A stretch of 64,000 nt of DNA from Bacteroidia bacterium. GTDB taxonomy: Bacteria > Bacteroidota > Bacteroidia > CAIKAF01. A program made the position numbers and the translations under genes. The stretch covers positions 929 to 64,928 of the forward strand of contig JAUHWY010000016.1 in assembly GCA_030427255.1 (NCBI GenBank). Direction: 5' to 3'. Below the pieces are notes generated by a model. That model saw only the letters and a list, made by a program, of their open reading frames with translations. It searched no databases and had not been told where the DNA came from. Of this stretch, positions 1-8,399 are shown piece after piece (positions within the stretch are counted from its first letter, which is position 1; each line of letters begins with the position of its first letter).

Positions 1-411
1 CACCACCGCCTGATCTACATAATCCTTATTCACCGCATCGTTGGGATTCACCGGCGGCGCCAAATTCACAATATTGAAATTGCCCATGTCCAAATCGGTA
101 TTGGCAGGATTCGGCAGCATCAGCGCCCAAGTGGGATTTTGCGGCGTTCCGGCATTGTAGTAAAAACCTGCCGGAGCTAAGCTTTGTCCGGTATTGAACA
201 CCATCAAACCCGTGGCCGGGGTGCTTATGGTTTGTCCGTCCGTTGCGTTTTGCAAATTTACCCGCGGCACCAATACGCCTTTGTCGGTAGCTTCGGCATC
301 CAGCACTGCTGAGGGATCGGGATTTCCGGGTGTGGAGGAGATTTTAACGCCTTGACCTTGAAGAAGGGGACTAAAAAAGCCCAAGGCCAGCAACCAAATC
401 GTTTTTTTCAT
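1..411 (-). CDS. Secreted protein, 5' part only (runs off the window); Bacteroidota tail-fibre/adhesin-like N-terminus
   Basis: Hand translation from ATG at 411: MKKTIWLLALGFFSPLLQGQGVKISSTPGNPDPSAVLDAEATDKGVLVPRVNL...; signal peptide followed by the common 'P..SA.LD....KG.L.PRV.L' motif; open to position 1. Confidence 0.75.
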   Translation of the reverse strand, partial: MKKTIWLLALGFFSPLLQGQGVKISSTPGNPDPSAVLDAEATDKGVLVPRVNLQNATDGQTISTPATGLMVFNTGQSLAPAGFYYNAGTPQNPTWALMLPNPANTDLDMGNFNIVNLAPPVNPNDAVNKDYVDQAVV

Positions 412-533
412 GGGGTATTTTTGACCAAATTACGAAACTCTTTAGGCTAAAGGCGGCTTAAAAACGGCCAAATCAAACATCCTTAGGTTAAGCTTTTCTA
501 AACTTTGGGTGGTCTTTTTGATGAGAGAAGGAC

Positions 534-640
534 GCGAATGCGCAAAGGTTTCAGCGCAGTAGGACCAATGCGTGAAATAGATGGCGCCGTCAAACGCCCC
601 TTTGCGGCTTGGCGACTTTGCGTGAAACCCTTAGCGCGAA
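534..640. repeat. Degenerate inverted repeat built from CGCAAAG/CTTTGCG-type units
   Basis: GCGCAAAGGTTTCAGCGCAG (~540) is roughly complementary to CTTTGCGTGAAACCCTTAGCGC (~615); a further CTTTGCG at ~600. Confidence 0.5.
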
Positions 641-679
641 ATTAGGGCACGCAGAGCCGCGAGATGTTGCGTCTTTACC

Positions 680-784
680 TCATCATTCATCATTCATCAT
701 TCATCATTCACCATTCCCCATTCACCATTCACCATTCCCCATTCCCCATTCATCACTCCCCATTCATCATTCCCCATTCATCAT
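680..784. repeat. Heptamer tandem repeat, 15 x TC(A/C)(T/C)CAT
   Basis: Counted directly: TCATCAT/TCACCAT/TCCCCAT units, 105 bp. Confidence 0.95.
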
Positions 785-826
785 TCCCGGGGGAAAAGTG
801 GATCACCAAATTTGTAGCATTTTTCA

Positions 827-975
827 CGGGGCAGGGATGGAGCCGGTAGCCTACCGAAGGGCAGCGCCACAGGCCTTGGGCAACGGAGGCCTCCGATCCT
901 TCGGGGGACCCCGGATGCCTTAGGCCTGTGTGCACTGCCCAAGGGAGCTAAAGGGGACAGCCCAGTAGCCCCCCT
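827..975 (+). repeat. Dispersed structured palindromic element (REP-like / Flavo-1-like), copy 1
   Basis: Termini CGGGGCAGGGAT.GAG.CGGTAGCC and TAGCCCCCCT and core GGAGGCC...GGGGACCCCG shared with 41055-41204; long internal stem. Confidence 0.75.
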
Positions 976-1059
976 CATAAAAAAACCCCTATAAAAAAAT
1001 AGAGGCTTTTTAGGAATTTTTGAAGAATAGGCTGCCTGTGTCGACAGCCTGAAGGGCTG

Positions 1060-1920
1060 TTATCGAATGGCCACCGTGCTGATGACTTCGTAACCCAAGT
1101 ATTTTTCAAGGATGTCGTGGTAGCGTTTGGTGCTGGTGAATCCGAAGCCGCTTTCGAAGAATTCGTTGATGTAGCTTAGGATTTCGGCGTCTTTAGGCAT
1201 AATAAAGCCCAAGTGCTCGTTGCCACGGTTCAAAAAGCGGTGGATTTTAAGGTATCCGCTGCGTGCGTCTTTGATGTAGCGCCAGTAGGTAATGATGTCT
1301 ACATAGCCGAAATAATCATCGCCGCGAAGCACTTTGCGAGGGATATTGTTTTGGTCTGAAACGAACTCCACTTTTAGGTCGGACAAGTATGAGGTGCGCA
1401 GAATGTCCATGTATTTGGCATGCACAGAGCCGGCGGTAGAAACACCCCGCAGGCCTTTGAGGTACTTGCGGATGTCGGCGGTGTCGTGTACGGTGGGTAC
1501 GTTTCCGTTGGTTACCAGTACGCTCACGTTGTTGAGGTAAGGTGGAGAGAAATCCAATTCCTTTTTACGACCTTCGGTAATGGTAACGTTTCCGAATCCA
1601 AGGGTAAATGGATCGGCTTCTTTAACGGCGTTGTAAAACTCTTCGAATTCTACATGACCTTTCCAGGTAACTTGCACCGGAATTCTTTTGGTGCTGCGCA
1701 TCCATTGGTAGAATTCATTAAAAATTTCGGCTTCCAAGCCGGTAGGCATGGCATTGAGTTCTTCGTTTTGAGGAGTGGCCAAAGGAGGTCTGGCCAAGTA
1801 ATGAACGGTGAGTGCCATGGGCTCCATGCGTCCGTCCGCAGGTTTTTGGCTAAGCCGAACTTGAGCACTGAGCTGTAAGGTGCTGAAAAATAAGACAACC
1901 AGTAAAAGGATGCGTTGCAT
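1060..1920 (-). CDS. Orphan periplasmic substrate-binding protein (family 3 / PBP2 fold)
   Basis: Signal peptide; 'GLEAEI', 'NVTITEGRKKELDFSPPY' typical of SBP_bac_3; TACTTTTG promoter box at 1944-1951 (-). Confidence 0.75.
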   Translation of the reverse strand: MQRILLLVVLFFSTLQLSAQVRLSQKPADGRMEPMALTVHYLARPPLATPQNEELNAMPTGLEAEIFNEFYQWMRSTKRIPVQVTWKGHVEFEEFYNAVKEADPFTLGFGNVTITEGRKKELDFSPPYLNNVSVLVTNGNVPTVHDTADIRKYLKGLRGVSTAGSVHAKYMDILRTSYLSDLKVEFVSDQNNIPRKVLRGDDYFGYVDIITYWRYIKDARSGYLKIHRFLNRGNEHLGFIMPKDAEILSYINEFFESGFGFTSTKRYHDILEKYLGYEVISTVAIR

Positions 1921-2071
1921 ACCACTTGGGTTTAGGTGTGCTGCAAAAGTACATAAATTTAATTTTTTAAACGCCTTAATGATTTTACCTGAAATTAAAA
2001 CGCAAAGCAGCAGATGTAGAAGGTTTGCAGGACTGGCATTTTGGTTGTATTTTTGATGAAAATATCTTTAG

Positions 2072-2818
2072 ATGAAATCATTATTTACTCTGTTCTTAGC
2101 ATTTAGTACCATCTCCTTGCTTAGTGCACAATCGAGTTTTAGTCTGGCCGACAAAGGCGGTAGCAACTACACCAACAGTGCGGTGACCAAAAACGGCGAT
2201 GCTACCATAACCTTTCCGAACGATGAGCCCATCAAATGGCAAGGTTTCTTGACCAACAACAGCGCATCAACCGTTAGAACTTTGGTGAAGCGTCGCATGA
2301 TTAATGTGCCTCAGACTTCCGAAAATCAATTTTGCTGGTCTATTCAATGCTATGCGCCGGTAACCAATCAGGCAACCGATACCGTTGATATTGCAGCCGG
2401 AGAGACCGACAGCAGCTTTTATTCTTACTTTTTCCCAGGTGGAACCAACGGTATTTTTACCATACAGTATGTGTTCTTTGATGCCATGAATACCAGTGAT
2501 TCCATTTATGTAAATGTTATTTTTAATGTTACTGGTGGAACAGCAAGCATTCAAGAAGTAGGAAGCTCCGCAGCTCAGTTGAGCCAGCCTTACCCCAACC
2601 CTGCACGCAACATTACTCGTGTAGACTACGAAGTAGAGGGAGAGGCCAACTTAGCGCTGTACGATTTAAGCGGTGCCTTAGTGCGCACTTGGAGCTTGGA
2701 ATCAGGAAAAGGAACCCTCACCATGGATGTGAAAGGGCTTCGCTCCGGAATGTATTTTTACAGCATCAAAAATCAGCAAGGCGTTTTGGCTACCCGCCGC
2801 CTATTGGTTAACCCCTGA
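2072..2818 (+). CDS. T9SS type A sorting-domain secreted protein
   Basis: Signal peptide; C-terminal 'YPNPA...LYDLSG...LRSGMYFY...RRLLV'; TATTTTTG box at 2048-2055. Confidence 0.85.
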   Translation: MKSLFTLFLAFSTISLLSAQSSFSLADKGGSNYTNSAVTKNGDATITFPNDEPIKWQGFLTNNSASTVRTLVKRRMINVPQTSENQFCWSIQCYAPVTNQATDTVDIAAGETDSSFYSYFFPGGTNGIFTIQYVFFDAMNTSDSIYVNVIFNVTGGTASIQEVGSSAAQLSQPYPNPARNITRVDYEVEGEANLALYDLSGALVRTWSLESGKGTLTMDVKGLRSGMYFYSIKNQQGVLATRRLLVNP

Positions 2819-2837
2819 TTTTCAAAATAAACTAGAG

Positions 2838-2885
2838 GCAAACCCGCTTGTGCAAAGCCATTTTTACTTTGTGCAAGCGGGTTGC
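2838..2885. other. Long intergenic hairpin (~19 bp stem), possible terminator or stabiliser
   Basis: GCAAACCCGCTTGTGCAAAG ... CTTTGTGCAAGCGGGTTGC. Confidence 0.55.
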
Positions 2886-2920
2886 TTACAATATGACCCT
2901 AAAGCTTGCGTTAACCGACC

Positions 2921-3127
2921 ATGAAACGAATTGTACCGGCTTTGGCCTGTCTTGCTTTTGCATGCGGAAGCCCTAAATGCATACGCTGTACCGATGTTGA
3001 AGGTTATCCTAATGGGGTAATCTGCTCCGACAGCTTCGAGGCTATTCCGGAAGATCCCAAATTCAGTTGGGCAGAGTTTTCGGACGAAGCGCTGCAAGAT
3101 GGTTGCACCGAGGCAGAAGGAGACTGA
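2921..3127 (+). CDS. Small Cys-rich lipoprotein
   Basis: Lipobox-like AFAC then CxxC...C...C in a 68-aa acidic protein. Confidence 0.6.
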   Translation: MKRIVPALACLAFACGSPKCIRCTDVEGYPNGVICSDSFEAIPEDPKFSWAEFSDEALQDGCTEAEGD

Positions 3128-3137
3128 GGGGTTATGC

Positions 3138-3145
3138 TAACTTTG
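3138..3145 (+). promoter_or_regulatory. Bacteroidota sigma-A -7 box for the porW operon
   Basis: TAACTTTG = TAnnTTTG, 8 nt upstream of ATG 3154. Confidence 0.7.
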
Positions 3146-3153
3146 TGCGGAGA

Positions 3154-5730
3154 ATGAATACGCGTTCCATTATAGCATTTGGCCTTTTACTCCTGCTTGG
3201 CATGAGCTGGGTGGGATGTTCTACGCGCAAAAACAAACCCTTAAATCGTTTTTGGCACCGACTCAATACCCGCTACAACGGCTATTTCAACGGCAAAGAA
3301 GCCATGAAAGAAGGGGTCTTGGATTTACGCAAAAGCCGCACCGATAATTACGCCGGTATTTTGCCCGTATTCGATATCGGACATTCCGACGGCTGGTCCG
3401 ATATCAATGCCAATGCCGAAAGAGCCATTGAAAAGTCCGGGAAAATGATCAAAAAGCACTCCATGCTGATCAACGGACAGCAGCACAATAGCTGGATTGA
3501 CGACTGCTATTTGCTTATGGGCAAGGCCAATTTCTTTAAGAAAGAATTCTTTTTGGCAGCGGGTCAGTTTCGCTATGTAGCTGTAGAAAGCGAAGACGAA
3601 CTTACCAAAGAAGAAGCCAAAATATGGCTGCTTAGGGTGTACAATCAAGAAAATGAATTTGCCGAAGCCTCCGCGGCCATGCGCCAGGTACGCAAAGGCA
3701 TGCTTACCGAAGAACTAAAGGCCGATTTTCACGCCGCCGAAGCAGAATACTTTATTCTCCAAAAACGGTACGAAGAAGCGTTAGATGTGTTGGATTTGGC
3801 CATAAAAGCCGAAAAGCGAAAAAGGGTGCGGGCTAGATATACCTTCATTAAAGGACAATTATACGACGCGCTGGAAAGACCCGAAGAAGCGTATCGTGCA
3901 TTCAACGATTGCCTAGACTTACGTCCGGAATATGCCATGGAGTTTCAAGCCCGCATCCGAATGGCAAAAAATGCCGGCAACAACAATGCTGCCGACCTGC
4001 GTGCCATGTTTAAAAAGATGCTCCGGGACGACAAAAACATCGAATACCGAGATCAAATTTACTACGCCTTGGCTTTGCTCGACCTGAGTGAGAATAAGAA
4101 AGAGGACGCCATTGAGAACTTGCAGGCATCGATTAAAGAAAGCACCAACAACCAAGTACAGAAAGCCTCCTCTTTTTTGCTGCTTGCCGAACTTAACTTA
4201 GAAGTTCAAGCCTATGAGCCTGCCCAAGCGTATTACGATTCCACGGCAAGCTTGATTTCTAAAGACCACCCGCGCTACGATGAGATTCTCCGCCTTCGCG
4301 ATAACCTAACCGAGGTAGTCAATAACATTCGCACGGTGGCTTTGCAAGACTCCTTGCTCCAACTGGGAAGCATGTCTGAGAACGACTTGGCCGTTTGGTT
4401 AGACAATTATATTTTAGACTTGAGAGAGCAAGACGAAGAAGCCAAGCGCCTTATGGAGCAGCAGGCCCTTCAAGTTGGAGGCGGAGGAGGCGGTGCCGAT
4501 GGCGGTCAATGGTATTTTGTAAATGCCCAAGCCAAAAGTTTTGGAGCGCAGGAGTTCCAAAAAGTTTGGGGAAATCGACCTTTGGAAGACAACTGGAGGA
4601 GAAGTGCAGCGCTGAGCAATGGCTTTACCGATGGAGGCGATGGCCAAGACGGAGAAGCCGAAAACCCCAGGTATTTACCCGAAACCTACCTCGCCGAAAT
4701 TCCCACCTCGGATTCGGCACGTAACGCCAGTAAAAACCTGATTTACGATGCCCTCTTTGCGCTTGGGGTGGTGTATAAAGACAAAATTGAAGACCTACCC
4801 CGAAGCAACGAGGCTTTCTTGGAACTGGAACGCAGAACCGATACCAGCAAGCATTTTCCTTTGGCCTTTTATTACCTCTATTTAAACTACACCGAACAAA
4901 AAGACATCTCAAAGGCCGATTATTACCGTAAACGAATAACCGAGCAATACCCCAATAGTGAGTATGCACGAATCCTCAATAATCCCAATTACCTGAACGA
5001 AAAAGACAAACAGGCCGATGCTGCCGAACCTCTCTATAACCGAGCTTATGCGGCATTTGTCTCCGAAAACCGAGCCCAAGCCTACAATTTGGCAGCCACA
5101 GGCCTTCGCGATTACCCCAAAAGCACTCTAAGGCACCGCTTTCAACTTTTGGCCGCCCTAACCAAAGACTTCCCCGACAGCTTGGGGCAAAAAGGCCTCA
5201 TAGAAGCATTAAAAGCCGTGGTCAACGATAATCCCGAGACCGAGTCTGCCGAAACGGCTACGCGGCTTTTGGAAAAGCTAGGTGTGGAAGCGCCCAAACC
5301 GGCAGGGAAAGACACGGTACAAACTCAGATCGACAGCTTGGCGCCTAAAAAGGAATACCCATTTAAGTATACACCGGAAGTGGAGCATATGGTAGTGGTT
5401 ATTGTGCAAGACCCCGGCTTTAACCCGGAAGGGCTCAAAGGGGTGTTGAGCAATTTTAATGAAGCTTCCTACAAATCAAAACGACTTAGCGTATCCAATA
5501 CCTTACTTGGAAAAGAAAACCAGCTGCTCAATATCCGAAGGTTTACCAACGCCACCGATGCCATGAATTATATTCAGGCCCTACAGAAGCAAAAGGTTTT
5601 AGAAAAAGGAATGGAAGAAGGAGGACCAAGCCCCATTCTTGTTCCGGCCTCCATTAACAATCTGGGGCTCTTGTTCCGCACAAGAGACATAGAGGGCTAT
5701 GTGGAGTGGGTTCAACAAAATTATAAGTGA
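3154..5730 (+). CDS. porW: T9SS TPR lipoprotein PorW/SprE
   Basis: Lipobox WVGC, 'STRKN...R.WH.LNTRYNGYFNG', TPRs, 'QDSLL.L', 'WYF.N.....G..EF...WG.RPLEDNWRRS'; followed by bactofilin as in Flavobacteria; start reassigned to ATG 3154. Confidence 0.9.
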   Translation: MNTRSIIAFGLLLLLGMSWVGCSTRKNKPLNRFWHRLNTRYNGYFNGKEAMKEGVLDLRKSRTDNYAGILPVFDIGHSDGWSDINANAERAIEKSGKMIKKHSMLINGQQHNSWIDDCYLLMGKANFFKKEFFLAAGQFRYVAVESEDELTKEEAKIWLLRVYNQENEFAEASAAMRQVRKGMLTEELKADFHAAEAEYFILQKRYEEALDVLDLAIKAEKRKRVRARYTFIKGQLYDALERPEEAYRAFNDCLDLRPEYAMEFQARIRMAKNAGNNNAADLRAMFKKMLRDDKNIEYRDQIYYALALLDLSENKKEDAIENLQASIKESTNNQVQKASSFLLLAELNLEVQAYEPAQAYYDSTASLISKDHPRYDEILRLRDNLTEVVNNIRTVALQDSLLQLGSMSENDLAVWLDNYILDLREQDEEAKRLMEQQALQVGGGGGGADGGQWYFVNAQAKSFGAQEFQKVWGNRPLEDNWRRSAALSNGFTDGGDGQDGEAENPRYLPETYLAEIPTSDSARNASKNLIYDALFALGVVYKDKIEDLPRSNEAFLELERRTDTSKHFPLAFYYLYLNYTEQKDISKADYYRKRITEQYPNSEYARILNNPNYLNEKDKQADAAEPLYNRAYAAFVSENRAQAYNLAATGLRDYPKSTLRHRFQLLAALTKDFPDSLGQKGLIEALKAVVNDNPETESAETATRLLEKLGVEAPKPAGKDTVQTQIDSLAPKKEYPFKYTPEVEHMVVVIVQDPGFNPEGLKGVLSNFNEASYKSKRLSVSNTLLGKENQLLNIRRFTNATDAMNYIQALQKQKVLEKGMEEGGPSPILVPASINNLGLLFRTRDIEGYVEWVQQNYK

Positions 5731-5733
5731 TTT

Positions 5734-6093
5734 ATGGCGCGTCGAGATAAACATGTGCCCGATACCGGCTCACACAACCAAATCAATCCGGGGACCAAAA
5801 TTGAAGGGAACTTGCATGCTTCTGAGAGCATTCGCCTAGATGGGCAAATGAAAGGAGACCTGCATTGCGACGGAAAAGTAGTGGTGGGACCCGAAGGAAC
5901 CGTGCAGGGAAACATACATTGCCAGCAGTTAGATCTCTATGGACAAATAACCGGAGATGTAATTGCCAAAGAATTAGTGATGCTCCGCAATTCAGCAAAA
6001 CTCGAAGGAAGCATTCAAACGCAAGGCCTCTCCATTGAATCCGGTGCCACTTTTGAAGGCTCTTGTACCATGCAAACAAAGCATGCCTCCTGA
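5734..6093 (+). CDS. Bactofilin (polymer-forming cytoskeletal protein)
   Basis: 'I..GT.IEG.L.....IRLDG...G' beta-helix repeats, 'IESGA.FEG.C.M'. Confidence 0.92.
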   Translation: MARRDKHVPDTGSHNQINPGTKIEGNLHASESIRLDGQMKGDLHCDGKVVVGPEGTVQGNIHCQQLDLYGQITGDVIAKELVMLRNSAKLEGSIQTQGLSIESGATFEGSCTMQTKHAS

Positions 6094-6298
6094 CCCCAAC
6101 AAAAAACGCAAGAACCGCCATCAGGTTGTTGAATGGTCCGGGCTGGGATTTCAAATGCTGGCCACCATTGCTATAGCCACCTGGGGCGGCTCTAAACTTG
6201 ATGAGGCCAATGATTCCAACTGGATTAGCCCTGCATTGGCTATGCTGGGTGTTTTGCTTGCCATTGGCTTGGTCCTAAAAAAGGTGCTCAGAAAATAA
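6083..6298 (+). CDS. AtpZ/AtpI family membrane protein
   Basis: 'SGLGFQM.ATI....WGG.KLD' with two TM helices; ATG 6083 overlaps the bactofilin 3' end. Confidence 0.8.
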   Translation: MPPDPNKKRKNRHQVVEWSGLGFQMLATIAIATWGGSKLDEANDSNWISPALAMLGVLLAIGLVLKKVLRK

Positions 6299-6344
6299 AG
6301 CAAGAAGCGAAGCCCCAAGCAAATTGTATCTTTACCAAAAATTT

Positions 6345-6761
6345 ATGCAGGCTAAATCAAAATATTTCTTGGGACTCACCCTAATTGCAGTCCTTTTGAT
6401 TGCCCTCTACTTTGTGGTGCGTAATTTGCTGGGCATAGAGGGAGCGGTAGACAGTAAATTCCTCATTGTTCCGGCATTTTATTTCATTACCGGCCTTAGC
6501 CACAGCCTTTTGGTGCGCAGCATGAGCGGCGACCCGCGCAAGTTCCAAACCAGCTTCATTACGGCCATGGGGGTTAAGATGCTGGCCTACTTGGCCTTTT
6601 TAGGCGCCGTTCATTATTTGACCGCAGGCATCGACCTGGCTTTCGTTACCCTCTTCTTTATTTGCTATTTGGTGTTCACCGCTTACGAAATGTATGCCTT
6701 GCGCTGGTATAGAAAAGCCATGGATAAGGATAAAGCATCCGAAGAAAAGAAACAAGGCTAA
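6345..6761 (+). CDS. Four-TM AtpI-like membrane protein
   Basis: Four hydrophobic segments, 'F...FI....VKML', 'FFICYLVFT.YE'; position after the atpZ-like gene. Confidence 0.7.
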   Translation: MQAKSKYFLGLTLIAVLLIALYFVVRNLLGIEGAVDSKFLIVPAFYFITGLSHSLLVRSMSGDPRKFQTSFITAMGVKMLAYLAFLGAVHYLTAGIDLAFVTLFFICYLVFTAYEMYALRWYRKAMDKDKASEEKKQG

Positions 6762-6765
6762 ACCT

Positions 6766-7212
6766 TTAGCGTACGGGAATTAAATTAACCGTTCCTGCAG
6801 CCAGCAAGGAACCGGTAATGCTTTTAACTTCACAGGAAGCATTCAATATACGCGCCCCTTTGCGCACAATTTTTGCGGTCACCCGCACCTCTTCACCCAA
6901 GCGGGCAGTGCCCAAATAATCGATGTGCATGTTCACGCTTACATGAAAGGGCTCAATGCCCAAAACAAACAAATGCATGCCAATGGCATCGTCAATCATG
7001 GTGGCAATCATGCCTCCATGCAACATCCCGGCGGGATTGGTCATTTCATTCCTCACCTCAAACCCTAAGGTCAGGTGCGACTCCCTAACCTCAATAATTT
7101 TGCCGCGTAACCAATTGCTTACTGCCGAAGGAGCCGTGTCAATATATTGTCCTTCGAACGCTTTGTATTTTTCAACTCCGGGATGCATGCCCCAAAAATA
7201 CATGCTGTTCAT
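6766..7212 (-). CDS. PaaI family thioesterase (hotdog fold)
   Basis: 'N..G.LHGG.IAT.IDD..G' motif; the true start may be a downstream Met. Confidence 0.9.
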   Translation of the reverse strand: MNSMYFWGMHPGVEKYKAFEGQYIDTAPSAVSNWLRGKIIEVRESHLTLGFEVRNEMTNPAGMLHGGMIATMIDDAIGMHLFVLGIEPFHVSVNMHIDYLGTARLGEEVRVTAKIVRKGARILNASCEVKSITGSLLAAGTVNLIPVR

Positions 7213-7256
7213 TGGCCTTTGGCAAAGTTTTTGCTTAATTTTCTTAAAAACCGCTT

Positions 7257-7760
7257 ATGCAAACGCGCATTGTCCTTAGTTTCTTGGTTTTGTTGCTGTT
7301 GGCAACTTCGACCCATGCACAACGTACGCCTCGCAAGGAAAGGGCAAAGGAGCGCCGCAGCCAAATGGCGCCTCGAGAACAAGCCCAGGCAAAGCGTGTG
7401 TTGCGTCGAACCAACGTCACTATCCACCACGCCAAAAAGCAGTTGGCGGAGCACCAGAACAAAACCGGGGATTTGGCTAAAGCGGTTTCTCACCAGCGCT
7501 ACGCCATATCTTTGCTTCGAAGAGGTATGGACAAGCGGGCCATTGCTCATAGCCGGCGTGCGCGGCGCCTAGCCTTTGCTTCCATCCAGGCCAATCAGGG
7601 CAAAATTCCGGAAGGAATGCAGTTTGCCGAAGGTGAGGGGAGCGACGATGGATTCTCGGACGACCAATTGGACGCTGATTTGGATAAAGAGTTTGGTAGT
7701 CAGGTTGTTTTAGAAGACGACCGCATTTTGGAAGATGCCCTATCCGATTTGGAAGAATAG
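7257..7760 (+). CDS. Secreted helical hypothetical protein (basic N-half, acidic tail)
   Basis: Signal peptide; Arg/His-rich helices 'LRRT...AV.HQRYA...AI.HSRRAR.LA', then an Asp/Glu-rich tail. Confidence 0.7.
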   Translation: MQTRIVLSFLVLLLLATSTHAQRTPRKERAKERRSQMAPREQAQAKRVLRRTNVTIHHAKKQLAEHQNKTGDLAKAVSHQRYAISLLRRGMDKRAIAHSRRARRLAFASIQANQGKIPEGMQFAEGEGSDDGFSDDQLDADLDKEFGSQVVLEDDRILEDALSDLEE

Positions 7761-7974
7761 TTTTTGGGCGCCTTAACGGAGTCCGGCTATTACTGGCCTT
7801 GGGGTGCATGCTTTCCGGCTAAGTGCTGCATGCAGGATTCCCCGGTGAACTTAAGTTTAGGTTTTTAGAAGTCTGTTTATTGGCTTTTGGGGGCTTGCTA
7901 AAGCGCCGCCGCCAAAAGCCGTGCCGGAAATGCATGCTCCCCTGCGGCCGGTAGCCGCCTCCCTCCTGGCGCTT
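7761..7974 (-). repeat. Dispersed structured palindromic element, copy 2 (longer variant)
   Basis: Starts TTTTTGGGCGCCTTA and ends CCTGGCGCTT like 27425-27576; stem TACTGGCC..GGGGTGCATGCTTTCCGGC / GCCGGAAATGCATGCTCCCC..GGCCGGTA. Confidence 0.7.
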
Positions 7975-8347
7975 AAGCTCCGAAAAAGAGAGTTTAATAC
8001 AAATTACCAATTAGGCTAGGTGGAACCCAATACCATGGCTGGTTGATCCCTCAAATATGGCTAATGCCCCTTTCTGGGTTTGTAGCCTTAGCCCAAGCCA
8101 AACGGGACTGAAAGGTTTGGCAAGCTAAGGATGCTGCTTTACATCTGCCCCATGGGCGTAGGTGTGCCGCGTTTTCCGTTGCATTTGTAGGTGCCGGCAC
8201 AGCTCGAAAGCAATACAACAAGAAGGACCAAAAGAGCAACTCGCAAAAACATAAGTGGACCTATTTGGGGATGCTTTTATAGAACGCAGCTTGGCCACCT
8301 TTTGGTATGCAGCTTGAGAACACTTAGCTTATTTAAACGCGGCAGAA

Positions 8348-8382
8348 CAAAAAAAAGGCCGACTTTGAAGCCGGCCTTTTTT
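8348..8382. terminator. Intrinsic terminator, potentially bidirectional
   Basis: A-run, GGCCGACTT-TG-AAGCCGGCC hairpin, T-run, just after the 8400 stop. Confidence 0.8.
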
Positions 8383-8399
8383 GAGTAGTTCATGGTTTA

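Noticed and set aside
609-978. ORFs with IIHHSPF-type repeats and the overlapping minus-strand ORFs
   Set aside because: Translation artefacts of the heptamer repeat and the GC-rich hairpin element
3067-3153. N-terminal extension of PorW in the ORF track
   Set aside because: Overlaps the upstream lipoprotein gene and a TAnnTTTG box; the signal peptide begins at ATG 3154. Starts were trimmed likewise for several other genes
7975-8345. Short ORFs in the gap between the hairpin element and the terminator
   Set aside because: No recognisable motifs or consistent start signals; a gene or RNA call is not supportable
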